From positions 62,001 to 126,000 of IMG/VR virus record IMGVR_UViG_3300030107_006644: a stretch of DNA of 64,000 nt; one strand, 5' to 3'. The notes under the pieces are model-generated. The model saw only the letters and a program-made list of their open reading frames with translations. It had not been told where the DNA came from and did no database searches. This document shows positions 37,365-48,169 of this stretch, piece by piece; within the stretch, counting starts at the first letter, position 1, and each line of letters starts with the position of its first letter. A program made the position numbers and the translations under genes.

Positions 37365-39701
37365 ATGAGCGGTGGAGGCGGTGGAGATCCCGGAGATATA
37401 CCAAGGTACGAAGAGCTAATAGAAGTAATCCAGCAGAGTGCGGATGAAGCGGACAGAGCCGCAGCGGCTTATGAGAGAATGTCGCAAACGTTGTCTAGCT
37501 CTTCTATGAAGGCTGAATATTTTGCGAAAGCAAACGAGCAGAACGTAAAGGCTATGGAAGCCAGCATTCAGGCTACTCAGCTTATGATCGAGGCTCTTGC
37601 CGAACAGGGTCAGGAAACCGCCGAACTAGAGCAAAAGCTTGCTGCCTACGAAGCTAGATTAAAGTCGTTAAAGGGAGAGACAGAAGCTGTTAATGCGCTC
37701 AATCAAGGCGCTAAAGACGGATTTAGAAGTTTGGCCGGCATGATTGGTATGTCGACAGACTCCAGTCAAAACTTTGTTTACCAGTTAGGGCTTATGACCA
37801 ATTCCTTGGTCGCAAACAGAAAAGAATTGATCCAAGCGCCGGCTATATTTAATGGTTTTGCCAGCGCCATGAACTCGGCAGCTAGCTGGATCGAACAAGG
37901 CTTTATTGTGTTGTTGAAGAAGGGGATAGATATAGTTCTCGACATGAACAGTGCCCAAATGACCTTTAATCGAACGATGGGCATCGCGGTAAGCCAACAA
38001 CAGCGATACGCAGATAGTATTAAGAGGACATCTAACTCGCTCTTGCTAGCCGGTGTCTCTGTTAGAGAGTCAGGTGAGGCGTGGAATCAGCTGTACACTA
38101 GCGTTACTCGTTTTTCGCATATGACTACCGAGATGCAAGAAGATTTGATGAGGACCACAGCTTTGCTGGAAAGAAACGGAATGGCCGCTCAACAAACCAC
38201 GCAATCTGTTGAAATGTTGTCAAGAGTTTATGGAATGACCGGAATGGAAGCAGCCCAGCAGATGCGAAATTTAAGAGATTTTGCAGAAGCTGCTCGAATC
38301 CCGCCGGAAATCATTTCTCGCGACTTTGCAGAGGCCAGTAGACAACTAGCTGTACATGGCAAGAGAATGGTGTCGGTATTTAAAGATTTGGAACTAGCGG
38401 CCAAAGGTACTGGTATCGGAATTCAACAGCTATTGTCGATTACTTCGCGATTTGATACGTTTGAGGGAGCCGCTGAAGCTGCCGGTCGATTGAACGCTAT
38501 TTTAGGCAGAGACTTGTTCAATTCGCTTGACATGTTAATGACGGTAGATCCGACAGAGAGATTTCGTCGCTTACGTCAAGGTATTTTGCAAGCTGCTGGA
38601 AGCTTTCAGCAGTTAAGTTATTATGAAAAGCGCGCGATTGCAGACGCAGCAGGGTTAGAAGACGTAGCTCAGCTAGCAATGCTTATGAGCGGTAGGTTAG
38701 AACAGAGTGCCGGCGCAATGGGCCAAAATGCAATGTCAGCCGAAGACCTAGCAAAGAGAACCGAAAATCTCGCTTCACTGCAAGAGAAATTTGCCAATAC
38801 GTTGTCTGCTCTTGCGCCGCAATTCCATGCGTTCATGGACTGGCTTGTAAACATGACCTCAAATACGAGAGAGTTCAAAGAATGGATCGAGAGTTGGATC
38901 CAGACTGGAATCAAGTGGTATGGAGGACTTAAGATAGGCGCTGCGATATTGTCTCTTTATAGGCTGAGGCTAATGGCGGTTACTGCTGCAGCAGGACAAG
39001 CTACAATGGCCACGCGAGGTCTTTCTTTGGCTATGGTAGGCGCCGGAGGACTGGGAGTCATGGGCCTCATGTGGGCAACTAAAAAGGTCAATGAAGCTTT
39101 TAATGAGCCCGGCTCGCCGTCCTTTTTGCAGAGCTTAGGGATCATAGGGCGAGAAGCCGGCAAATCGGCTACCCCACTCAGAAGCTTGGCATCAAGCATG
39201 GGGGAGATCGGCGCCCAAGTGGGAGCGATGCAGGTAGCCAGCAATCTTTCTATGGCTTTGCGCTCGCTTGAACAGGTTGATTCAACTGGCATAAGAGGAA
39301 TGGCAGCAGCGATTAGAGACGTAGCTTCAGCCATGAACGATATCGATCCAAATAAGAGTTTAGAGTTCCGAGCCACCATACAGGCCTTTGGCACGTCACA
39401 GATAGCACAGGCTGTTGCTGCAGCCAACAGTTTGCGAGATTCTGATGTGAACAGGATCAAAGATCTGGTTACACAGGCAAATGAGCTTGCCGCAGCCAGT
39501 AGAACTTCTGAAGGAGATCAGTTAAACGCTCTAGTTAGATCTGTAGCGCAGTTGGCTCAAGTGCAAGCCGGCGCCGGCGCAGCAGGCGGTGGTTATGCCG
39601 GCCCAAGCAAGGTCGAATCAGTGTTGAAGCTCGACGGTCGGACACTCGACAGGCACATTGTTAATGTTGTAAGCAGAAGATTCGGCAGCAGAGAAAGGTA
39701 G
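37365..39701 (+). CDS. tape measure protein
   Basis: Ala/Gly/Met-rich helical protein, FDTFEGAAEAAGRLNAILG, hydrophobic segments, C-terminal LKLDGRTL; after the chaperones. Confidence 0.8.
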   Translation: MSGGGGGDPGDIPRYEELIEVIQQSADEADRAAAAYERMSQTLSSSSMKAEYFAKANEQNVKAMEASIQATQLMIEALAEQGQETAELEQKLAAYEARLKSLKGETEAVNALNQGAKDGFRSLAGMIGMSTDSSQNFVYQLGLMTNSLVANRKELIQAPAIFNGFASAMNSAASWIEQGFIVLLKKGIDIVLDMNSAQMTFNRTMGIAVSQQQRYADSIKRTSNSLLLAGVSVRESGEAWNQLYTSVTRFSHMTTEMQEDLMRTTALLERNGMAAQQTTQSVEMLSRVYGMTGMEAAQQMRNLRDFAEAARIPPEIISRDFAEASRQLAVHGKRMVSVFKDLELAAKGTGIGIQQLLSITSRFDTFEGAAEAAGRLNAILGRDLFNSLDMLMTVDPTERFRRLRQGILQAAGSFQQLSYYEKRAIADAAGLEDVAQLAMLMSGRLEQSAGAMGQNAMSAEDLAKRTENLASLQEKFANTLSALAPQFHAFMDWLVNMTSNTREFKEWIESWIQTGIKWYGGLKIGAAILSLYRLRLMAVTAAAGQATMATRGLSLAMVGAGGLGVMGLMWATKKVNEAFNEPGSPSFLQSLGIIGREAGKSATPLRSLASSMGEIGAQVGAMQVASNLSMALRSLEQVDSTGIRGMAAAIRDVASAMNDIDPNKSLEFRATIQAFGTSQIAQAVAAANSLRDSDVNRIKDLVTQANELAAASRTSEGDQLNALVRSVAQLAQVQAGAGAAGGGYAGPSKVESVLKLDGRTLDRHIVNVVSRRFGSRER

Positions 39702-39736
39702 ATAAAGAATTTATCAAATCTCTATTTATAGTTATA

Positions 39737-40519
39737 ATGGCTTTACTTGTACCAAAATTAATAACGCTGAAGTGCAACTTGGAAGTTGTCCACCCGGCAC
39801 CGTTCGGATGGGATAGTACAACCAGAACCATAGCGAAAACTCACGGCACAAGCGAGGCTTTTAAAAGGTTTCCTTATGGTCTAGACTATTCCGACGAGGA
39901 TACATATGGCGAAACAACTCACTCAAAAACTTTAGAAAAAATGAGCCAAGGCGCCGAGCAAGACAACTCAGAAGAACCTATTGGCACAAATGTAACTGAC
40001 GAACTCAAAGTGACTTATGAAGCTGGTACTTTTGGCAACGGCGACCCGCACCAATCGACTTACGCAAATACCACAGGCCTGCACCTTTCTTTCAAACATA
40101 TCTCCTCTGGACTGACTGTGTTCTTTAAAGCTTTTCTAACTGATATGAGCGATAACTATTCTATTACGTGGAGTGAAGACGCCGCTATAGGCAGAATGGA
40201 TCCCCTTGTATCTTATCAGGGGATCAGAAGAACGGTTTCTATAACATGGGACCTGCCATCGTGGGATGTCAACGAGGGGGTGGAGAATTTACAGAAGTGC
40301 ACTAACTTGTTTAAAATGTTGTACCCCATGTATCAGGAGCACGGCCACTCTTTGTCGATGTTTTCTCCGCCCATGTTGGGAATTAAGATGTCTAATTTGG
40401 TGGCCTTTCATGACAGTCCTTTTGGCGGTTCCGGAGGATATCTCACAGGTACAGTTCAGGGGTTTGACTTTTCTCCCAACTTAGATGTTGGGTTTTGGGA
40501 TCCGAATGTAGATGAGTAG
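39737..40519 (+). CDS. baseplate/tail-tube initiator-like protein, circularly permuted
   Basis: FKAFLTDMSDNYSITW...GRMDP...RTVSITWDLP, LYP, PPMLGIKMSNL. Confidence 0.7.
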   Translation: MALLVPKLITLKCNLEVVHPAPFGWDSTTRTIAKTHGTSEAFKRFPYGLDYSDEDTYGETTHSKTLEKMSQGAEQDNSEEPIGTNVTDELKVTYEAGTFGNGDPHQSTYANTTGLHLSFKHISSGLTVFFKAFLTDMSDNYSITWSEDAAIGRMDPLVSYQGIRRTVSITWDLPSWDVNEGVENLQKCTNLFKMLYPMYQEHGHSLSMFSPPMLGIKMSNLVAFHDSPFGGSGGYLTGTVQGFDFSPNLDVGFWDPNVDE

Positions 40520-40532
40520 GAGATTAACTTAA

Positions 40533-41591
40533 ATGGGACAAGAAACAACCCCGCTTTTCTCGACAACGGTCATGAATCAGACGGGCTCTTCAGGGACAGC
40601 CGAGACCAATTATGCGAACAACAAAGGCTTTTACATAACGTTTAATAGCATGTTCGTTGCAGGCCGCGTGGACTTTAAAGCTTATCTCAACCAATATCAT
40701 GATAACTTTACCAGCGACTGGTCATCCGAAATACCATACGGCCGCGTGGACAGTATCAAAACCTTTAATAGAACAACTAGAATGATAGATATATCATTTT
40801 CAATACCAGCATATACAGCCGAAGAGGCCATACAAAACTTGGCAAAAGTTTCCGCCTTGATCAAGATGGTTTACCCTTCATATGAGAACAGGGCGTGGGG
40901 AACCACAAAAGGTCACACCGGCACCGGTGATGACGCACTCTCGACCACAGTATTGGCATCCAGTCGCACGACAAACGCATCTAACGATAGGTTCTGCTTG
41001 TCGGCGCCTCCACTAATAACGGTCAAGTTCGCAAACCTAATTAAGTCGATCCGACCAGATACCACTGCCTTACCCGGCGGGCCCGAGTTGGAAAAGACAT
41101 TTCTGGAAGGCAAAATGGACGGTATAATATCTGCAGTCACCAACTTATCTGTCAACCCGCGCGTCGACGCCGGCTTTTTTCACCTTAAAGATGGTACAGG
41201 GTGGATGTACCCCAAGGTGATAGATGTTGCTGTACAGTTTAATGTTCTTCATCAGGTGTCTCCGGGAATAGCTGCTGCTGATTTTACAACTGCAGCCGCC
41301 GCAGCTACTTATGGAGATCTTTATGGAGTCGGATACGGTAAAGTCGACGGCACCAAGGGAGATCCGGCCTATTCTGAGACTCCAGCACTTTCAATTGCTG
41401 GGGCGAGAGCGGCCCTTGAGGCAGCTGGAAGGAACAAGGCAATGGTTACAAACCCTGATGTCGCTGGGCCCACCCAAACCCCCCCTCCCGGCGTTTCAAC
41501 TGCGGCCGGCACTACTCCCGGCGGACACAGCACCGATGACTATGTGCAAATTGCCGGCGACAAAAACGAAGACGGTCAGGGCAGCCCCTAG
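40533..41591 (+). CDS. baseplate/tail-tube initiator-like protein (paralogue of the previous gene)
   Basis: FKAYLNQYHDNFTSDW...GRVD...RMIDISFSIP, VYP, PPLITVKFANL, YPKVIDVAVQFNVLH. Confidence 0.7.
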   Translation: MGQETTPLFSTTVMNQTGSSGTAETNYANNKGFYITFNSMFVAGRVDFKAYLNQYHDNFTSDWSSEIPYGRVDSIKTFNRTTRMIDISFSIPAYTAEEAIQNLAKVSALIKMVYPSYENRAWGTTKGHTGTGDDALSTTVLASSRTTNASNDRFCLSAPPLITVKFANLIKSIRPDTTALPGGPELEKTFLEGKMDGIISAVTNLSVNPRVDAGFFHLKDGTGWMYPKVIDVAVQFNVLHQVSPGIAAADFTTAAAAATYGDLYGVGYGKVDGTKGDPAYSETPALSIAGARAALEAAGRNKAMVTNPDVAGPTQTPPPGVSTAAGTTPGGHSTDDYVQIAGDKNEDGQGSP

Positions 41592-41636
41592 ACAATAACA
41601 AAACAGCAAACTACTTATTAACAAGAGGAACTAATT

Positions 41637-41981
41637 GTGGCAAAATCAAGAAACAGTAATCGTGGAATTCTCAACAATCAGCTAGAGAGGGATGTAGATT
41701 TGCGAATTGCGCGAGGCAGGCCAAACCTACGGCACTATATGTCTCCTCGCATGAAGTATCCATCAAAAGCTTTGAGAGATTCTCTTCATAAGACTGTGCA
41801 TGTGTGGTCTTCTGGAGATAGATACTGGAAGTTAGCAGCGAGATACTATAGCGACCCGACTCTTTGGTGGGTAATCGCATGGTATAACTTAAAGCCAACT
41901 GATGCTCATTGTTCGATAGGTGACAACATCATAATCCCGGGCCCCGTTGGCAAAATAATTCAATACTACTCTACCTCTTAG
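41637..41981 (+). CDS. LysM-like baseplate wedge protein (gp53-like)
   Basis: GDRYWKLAARYYSDPTLWWVIAWYN...IGDNIIIP. Confidence 0.85.
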   Translation: MAKSRNSNRGILNNQLERDVDLRIARGRPNLRHYMSPRMKYPSKALRDSLHKTVHVWSSGDRYWKLAARYYSDPTLWWVIAWYNLKPTDAHCSIGDNIIIPGPVGKIIQYYSTS

Positions 41982-42021
41982 AGTAGAGCAAAGCAAAAGA
42001 CAATTTAAATAGAGAGTTGAT

Positions 42022-45000
42022 ATGAGCATACATGAAGGCCAGCAATATACAGTAGCCCAAATTGCAGAAGAGAGAAGAACACAAGAGCAGTGCTTCTTGC
42101 TGCATTGGCTAGAAATAATTTCTGCCGCAAACAGACACATAAACTATTCCGGAAACAAGGACGATCTCGTCGCCGGCACCCCCGGAAACAGTGCGTCCTT
42201 CTATCCCATTGATGGAGATCCGGCAAAACTAGTTAGTGTGCTCACTGGAAAGATGGGCCTAGGTCCGCTCTTAACGCTGTCTCCATATAAGATGTCGTAC
42301 TTGGTACCCAAGGTGAGGCTGTATAAGGTTTTCAAAGAATACACGCCACGCACTGACACTGATCCCGGCGGAGCCCTCGAAAAAGAGTATGACGTTGAGT
42401 TTATATTTCCAGACAACATTTTAGGTATCTCGCAATATGATTACGCATCGGGAGAAAGCGGCTTTTCGAAAATAGAGCGCATGCTGACAAACAAGGTTGG
42501 TCGTGGTACCGGCGTGGGTCTACAAGAGTTTAGTTGGGAGTATCAGGGCACAAACCCAGCCGAAGCAACAAACCAACTTCTTTCCACCATATCTTTAACC
42601 TTTTCAGATCTACAAGAACTCTATGTTAAGAGAGGTCCGGTACCCGTTTCTTCTTATAAGGATGGCACGGGTCAAATAGTGAGCGAATCTCTGGAAAACG
42701 TATACTATAGCTACATCGATCTGATAATGCGAACTGTGGCTGGCGATAACGATGCTAGTGCCAGTGAGAATGCTACGGATAAGTGTATGAGGTATCGTTC
42801 TTTTGATCCAAAGTACTATGAAATTAAAGCTTTGGTTGGCTGGGCATACAAAGACGGGCACCCTTTTACAGTAGAGGAAAGAGAAGCGCTGGAATCAAGC
42901 AATATAGGACTTTACTTAACTTTGGTTGACCACGTTATATCGTTTCAAGAAGATGGTACCGTGAAGCTTGATTGCACATACCGTGCAGCGGTTGAGGGAC
43001 TTTTAGATAGCGATTTTACAGATCTGTTTACCTCTCCATACGAGCGCGCACGCCAAGCACAGATAGAGGCAGCGATGAATGCTATTCGTTCCGGCTCTTC
43101 CGCAGACGTCGATGAGGGCGTTGGCAGTACTAGCAACAATGCAGGGGGCGGAAGTGGAGGCACTGGACGATACACCGCTACCTCTACCGAGACGCCAGAA
43201 CAGGGAGCTACGCAGTCGGAACAGAATTCTCGCGCACTCTCCGCATTACAGGACGAACTAGAGCGCCTTAGAAACGACGCTCGCGGAATGGGATTCCATC
43301 AACTGGCGCAATGGCTAGCAAATTCGCCTGCCAACTCCACACTCGCTTATGAGCGCAGGTCTGAAGATTATATGCCGCTTCATGCTGGTGGAGACTCCTC
43401 CGCCCGGACAGCTACCACAAACGCGCTCAATCAAATGCCTCGAATTAAATATATTATGGCCAAGCCTTTGGCTGTTGGCGCAACCGGCGCCGCCGACGAG
43501 GATGTGACAGTTCGACTTGAGCAAGGAGATCGTTGGGGCGATGAAACCGTTACCGAAGCACTTGATAAGCAGGCGGTACGTTATGATACTTCAGGAAATG
43601 ATCGCGCTTTGGGCCCGGGCGAACACGGCTCTATCGATCCACGGACTAGAGATATGGGCCAAGCAACAGACTGGGTTAGAGAGGCGCGAGAAGAAGATGC
43701 AAGCGATAACAGTTCAACTCCTGCAGATAGCGAGGTGGGCTTTTACCAACTAGGCACAGATCCGCAAGCCCCAATCGATCAAGCTGGTATTTTGACATCG
43801 ACCGAAGTCGGCGGCGACTATAACCTCACCGCAACTGCAGGAATAGGCGATTCTCTTGTCGACGCGTCGGCCGACTCGCGCAGATATAGTCAGAACCACG
43901 AGTCTTCGAACTCCACGATTGAGTATACAGAGGACTTTGAACAGCGGCTAGATCTACAAGCCACGCGCCCAGTGCTAGTGGAGTTCACAGACTCTGCCGG
44001 CAACGCGACATCGCGACTAGTTTATCCAACTGCATTTGTTTACTATGGGGACATCATAGATTGGGCATGTCGCAAGGCTTTGTGGATCAAGCCATACGAT
44101 GCCGATTCCCAATACCCCGGCGCCGCAGGAGCGGGCGCCCCGCAGACTTCAGTTACAGCTGCGAGAGCAGAAGATGAGCGCGTCGGAGCCACAGAAACAG
44201 CCCAATCTGCCGGCTGGACACAGGGTGAAGATGGGCCGGCGCCCTCTTTGCCTCCCGTTGATGAGTTTAGAAATGCTGCCCGTGAAGGTGAGCAAAGACT
44301 GAAGCAGATTAAGGTTATATTGGGTTCGCTGCGATACTATAACCCTTCAAGCGGAGAATATCAAAACGTCAATTTGGCCGATATCCCTGTTTCGTACAAC
44401 ATGTTTGCTACATGGTTTATGAACAGAATTATGCGCCCGGGCGTTTATTCATATAGTTTGCGTACATTTATCAAGGAAACAATGCAGACGCTTATCTTGG
44501 ATGTTCTTGGGGGCACTAGCTGTATCGATGATACTGCTTATGAAGATCCCAACGGCGGAGGCTCCAGCGCAACTTTTACTAGAACCGTATTTGATATCGG
44601 CATGCTCAATGTGCAGGTGCCAAATCGCTCGATGGGTGCTGACAAGCCATCTGTAGATCCGATTAGCTATATATGGAGCGAAGAGTACAAAGCCGGCCAA
44701 TTCGGAACCTCAAATGCGGTGCATCAAAACGCGAACTACAGACTTAGCCTTGACAGGATATCGACATATATTGGGAAGAATGCTGACAACACAGACAGAG
44801 CCTTTCCCGAAGGTTTGACTTACTGCGATGAAAGCTACATCGGAAACATGACGACATATTACATTGTTTATGCAAAGGGGTACAACGTTAAAGATTTGCG
44901 AGGCGTGGAAACAAAGGAGGAAGCCGATGCCCTGTTTCCTGATGAGGGGGGTTCAGCAAAGTATGCAGATAATGAGAAAGGAATATATCACTTCTACATA

Positions 45001-45591
45001 GGACAGAATGCCGGCATGGTTAAGTCTGTATCTTTTAACAGAACCGATCAGGCGTACTTAGCGGAAGCTAGAATGATGGCCGGCGGCCATTTCGGATATG
45101 GTCAGTTGCGCGGCCGATATGAGGCTAGCATAATCATGCATGGGAACACATTCTTTTTGCCCGGCCAGATGATCTATATAAATCCAACGACAATTGGGAG
45201 CGGAAACATGTACGAAAGACGGTTGGATGCTCTCCTTCTTGGCTTGGGTGGCTATTATGTTGTTTTGGGAGTAGACAGTTCGATCACTGAAGACACGTTT
45301 GAAACCAGATTACGCGCCGTGTGGCACGGGATGGGTTCGTACTTTGATGGAAACGATTGGGTGGTGTTGAACTGCGGAGAGAGCACCGAGGACAACAACA
45401 GCATTAGTACATCAACTGCGTATGATATGGCCGAGACCGCAATGCAAGGATCTTCAGGCACGCATCAATCGATATATCCGTCGCCAGATGGAGATGATAA
45501 CGAGCGTGGAGCCACACGCGGAGTTCATGGAGACACCGGACTTCAGGATCACCAGCATCCGGGACACAACTCTAGAGAGGTAGACGAATAA
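42022..45591 (+). CDS. large baseplate hub-like protein (gp27/VgrG-type C-terminus)
   Basis: C-terminal YEASIIMHGNTFFLPGQMIYI...GGYYVVLGV...FETRLRA; position after the LysM gene. Confidence 0.65.
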   Translation: MSIHEGQQYTVAQIAEERRTQEQCFLLHWLEIISAANRHINYSGNKDDLVAGTPGNSASFYPIDGDPAKLVSVLTGKMGLGPLLTLSPYKMSYLVPKVRLYKVFKEYTPRTDTDPGGALEKEYDVEFIFPDNILGISQYDYASGESGFSKIERMLTNKVGRGTGVGLQEFSWEYQGTNPAEATNQLLSTISLTFSDLQELYVKRGPVPVSSYKDGTGQIVSESLENVYYSYIDLIMRTVAGDNDASASENATDKCMRYRSFDPKYYEIKALVGWAYKDGHPFTVEEREALESSNIGLYLTLVDHVISFQEDGTVKLDCTYRAAVEGLLDSDFTDLFTSPYERARQAQIEAAMNAIRSGSSADVDEGVGSTSNNAGGGSGGTGRYTATSTETPEQGATQSEQNSRALSALQDELERLRNDARGMGFHQLAQWLANSPANSTLAYERRSEDYMPLHAGGDSSARTATTNALNQMPRIKYIMAKPLAVGATGAADEDVTVRLEQGDRWGDETVTEALDKQAVRYDTSGNDRALGPGEHGSIDPRTRDMGQATDWVREAREEDASDNSSTPADSEVGFYQLGTDPQAPIDQAGILTSTEVGGDYNLTATAGIGDSLVDASADSRRYSQNHESSNSTIEYTEDFEQRLDLQATRPVLVEFTDSAGNATSRLVYPTAFVYYGDIIDWACRKALWIKPYDADSQYPGAAGAGAPQTSVTAARAEDERVGATETAQSAGWTQGEDGPAPSLPPVDEFRNAAREGEQRLKQIKVILGSLRYYNPSSGEYQNVNLADIPVSYNMFATWFMNRIMRPGVYSYSLRTFIKETMQTLILDVLGGTSCIDDTAYEDPNGGGSSATFTRTVFDIGMLNVQVPNRSMGADKPSVDPISYIWSEEYKAGQFGTSNAVHQNANYRLSLDRISTYIGKNADNTDRAFPEGLTYCDESYIGNMTTYYIVYAKGYNVKDLRGVETKEEADALFPDEGGSAKYADNEKGIYHFYIGQNAGMVKSVSFNRTDQAYLAEARMMAGGHFGYGQLRGRYEASIIMHGNTFFLPGQMIYINPTTIGSGNMYERRLDALLLGLGGYYVVLGVDSSITEDTFETRLRAVWHGMGSYFDGNDWVVLNCGESTEDNNSISTSTAYDMAETAMQGSSGTHQSIYPSPDGDDNERGATRGVHGDTGLQDHQHPGHNSREVDE

Positions 45592-45639
45592 CGGTACGCC
45601 GGAGCGGACAAATGTTGCTTGAGAACCTAATTACTTATC

Positions 45640-47001
45640 ATGAGCGATAAAACAAACTACAATGATGCAGAGATGTGGCCAAAGCATGAATATGATTTCC
45701 GCGCAGCCAACTCCCAAAGCACGCGAACGTTGTTTGATCAGCGCAAGAGCTATCGTGACAGGGCTCTTTATGATGGGGCACAATTGTCCTTTCACCAAGG
45801 TACGATTGACTTGCTGGCTGATGAAAAGATGACCTTCTATGGTCGCATCGATAACGACGACACGCCTAGGTACCTTAAATTTTCGCATATGAAGTCGTTC
45901 GACCTTTCGGTTCTTGAGCCCGGCGCTGGGCTCTCCGGAAAGATCCATGCGATTAATTTTGCTGTTGATGCGTTTACAGACATGGTAGCCGAACTTCGAA
46001 AAATGGTTACCGTATCGCATTGCGGACTGCAGGAAGGAGATCTCTCTCTAAAACCCAAACAAGGGAGAGTTGACAGCTACGAATCAGCACAGAGAATATT
46101 TGGAACACAAGTGTTGAGAGACTTCAACAATTATTCAACTCGCCCAACACAGGAGTTGACCGGCGCCGGTAAGCTTGATAAGATTAGAACTTTCGATGAT
46201 CTGGTTAAGCATTTTCTTGAATTTTTGGATTCGAAAAGCGGACTCTCGATGCCGGTCACACACACGGGCACCATGCTACACCCAGCCGGCTCTATACAGA
46301 TGACCGGCTTGGCGATCTTGCTAGAGGTCGACGACCAGTCGAACGATGCAAACAAAACAACGTTCTTGAATAGTGAGTTTTTCGACCTATATCGCAGATT
46401 GGCTATCAAGTACGGGTTCCTTGTTGACCGCAATTGCCCATGGCGACTGATTGCAGATATACAATCGCCGCAAATGAAAAAGTATATGGACAACTATGAG
46501 ATCACGGTAAACAACTTGTTCGATGAATGCTATATTAAAGCTTATGATTTAGATCTTGAACTTATCAAGAAGCAACTTCTTTCCTTGTGGAACACCTTGG
46601 CGACCAACTATCCAAAATATTCGTTGCGAAGCAATGGTTGCGGCTCCGGATTAGCCCATAGAGAGAGGCTTACGGCCGACGAACTCGACAAGACATACGG
46701 TGATGCTTATTGGATTCCAGTTTATGTCAAACTTAGAAACGCAGAGGCTCAGTCGAACCTGAGTAAGGTTTCGATAGCAAGGATTCAAAAACATGCAGCA
46801 GAGTTAACAAAAGCACTTGACATATCGGCCGCAATGGAGTATATTAATAGTCAGTTCCAGCGATTTTTCCTCAAACAGAGAATGGGTGGGAGAAAATTCA
46901 TGCCTTTTAACAACTTGGAAGCGGAAGAACAAAGTGACCAAGAACTCAAACGACAAATCGCTATAAGTTCCGGAGGAAATGGTGCTATTTCAGGTTATTG
47001 A
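45640..47001 (+). CDS. hypothetical (probably virion) protein
   Basis: 453 aa; FYGRID, NFAVDAF, YGFLVDRNCPWRLIAD; late-like motif directly upstream. Confidence 0.7.
   Translation: MSDKTNYNDAEMWPKHEYDFRAANSQSTRTLFDQRKSYRDRALYDGAQLSFHQGTIDLLADEKMTFYGRIDNDDTPRYLKFSHMKSFDLSVLEPGAGLSGKIHAINFAVDAFTDMVAELRKMVTVSHCGLQEGDLSLKPKQGRVDSYESAQRIFGTQVLRDFNNYSTRPTQELTGAGKLDKIRTFDDLVKHFLEFLDSKSGLSMPVTHTGTMLHPAGSIQMTGLAILLEVDDQSNDANKTTFLNSEFFDLYRRLAIKYGFLVDRNCPWRLIADIQSPQMKKYMDNYEITVNNLFDECYIKAYDLDLELIKKQLLSLWNTLATNYPKYSLRSNGCGSGLAHRERLTADELDKTYGDAYWIPVYVKLRNAEAQSNLSKVSIARIQKHAAELTKALDISAAMEYINSQFQRFFLKQRMGGRKFMPFNNLEAEEQSDQELKRQIAISSGGNGAISGY
46817..46845 (+). promoter_or_regulatory. sigma70-like promoter for polA-like gene (within upstream CDS)
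   Basis: TTGACA-17-TATATT. Confidence 0.7.
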
Positions 47002-48169
47002 TAACAAAGATGAATGCTTGGGTTATTATGCTGATGATAAGATTACGATAGACCAGACGGTACCAGAGAGTCTGTTTCAAACGTGGAACTATTCTGGCAT
47101 TTTATCAGATCGCACAGATATTGAGTACGCAAAGTTGTTTTGCGGAGGCTTGAACTTGGATGAGGCATGCCCAGAAGACTATATGGACAAATGGCTGTCC
47201 ACAAACGAAAGGTTGAAGGCTTACTTTAGATCCTTTATTGAGGCGAAGGTTTCGATGGATGATAACTGCTTTTTTCAGTTAGTGCCTCATACGTTTCTGC
47301 AGCAATACTATGAGGGACGCAATAGAATTACGGAACATGTCTTCGACACGTACCAGAGGCCAGAAAACTACAGCTTCTTGGTGGAGTTGTCGAAAATGAC
47401 CACAGAAATATCTAAACAAAGGATCAACGTTGATCACGCTAGATTGGTCGAGTATATGCACACAACTGCAGGCCGAAATTTTGTCAACAAGATCAAAAGA
47501 ACAGAGCCATACTGCAAGTACAACATATTTGGCACAAAGACCGGTCGACTGTCTACTGCTAAAGATAGTTTCCCCATTCTGACGATGAATAAGTTGTTTA
47601 GGGGAATCATAAAAGCCAATAATGATTTTCTTATCGAACTCGACTTTAATGCTGCAGAGTTGCGTACTCTTTTATCGCTCTGCGGAGAAGACCAGCCGCA
47701 AGAAGACTTGCATGACTGGAATCTCAAAAAGCTATACAAGGGGAAGGGCACCAGAGAGGAGGCAAAGAAGAAGATCTTTGCTTGGCTCTACAATCCGGAC
47801 TCTGAAGCGGGAGTGGCGGATAAATTTTATGATCGCGAGTACGTAAAGATGATTTACTGGAACAAGGACAAAGTTCACACTCCGTTTCAAAGAGTGATAC
47901 CTTGCGATGAACACCACTCTATTTCCTACATCATACAAAGTACGTGTTCTGACAACACCTTAAGGCAGATGATAAAGCTATGGAAACTTCTTGAGGGGCG
48001 CAAGTCTTATGTAGCTTTCACTATGCACGATAGCGTAGTTGTTGATTTTTCGAAGGAAGACCGAGATCTTCTATATGACATCCTTATGGAATTTAGAGAA
48101 ACCGATCTGGGCGAGTATGTCATTAACGTCAAGTGTGGCGAGAACTACGGAGAAATGAGGGAACTATAA
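46979..48169 (+). CDS. family A DNA polymerase, compact (polymerase domain only)
   Basis: TGRLS, motif A DFNAAELR, motif B REEAKKKIFAWLY, IQST, motif C HDS; GGAGG RBS. Confidence 0.85.
   Translation: MVLFQVIDNKDECLGYYADDKITIDQTVPESLFQTWNYSGILSDRTDIEYAKLFCGGLNLDEACPEDYMDKWLSTNERLKAYFRSFIEAKVSMDDNCFFQLVPHTFLQQYYEGRNRITEHVFDTYQRPENYSFLVELSKMTTEISKQRINVDHARLVEYMHTTAGRNFVNKIKRTEPYCKYNIFGTKTGRLSTAKDSFPILTMNKLFRGIIKANNDFLIELDFNAAELRTLLSLCGEDQPQEDLHDWNLKKLYKGKGTREEAKKKIFAWLYNPDSEAGVADKFYDREYVKMIYWNKDKVHTPFQRVIPCDEHHSISYIIQSTCSDNTLRQMIKLWKLLEGRKSYVAFTMHDSVVVDFSKEDRDLLYDILMEFRETDLGEYVINVKCGENYGEMREL

Noticed and set aside
35842-45591. Bacterial contractile injection system (eCIS/tailocin) or prophage
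   Set aside because: Terminase, portal, capsid and a phage replication block are present, with no integrase or host flanking genes.
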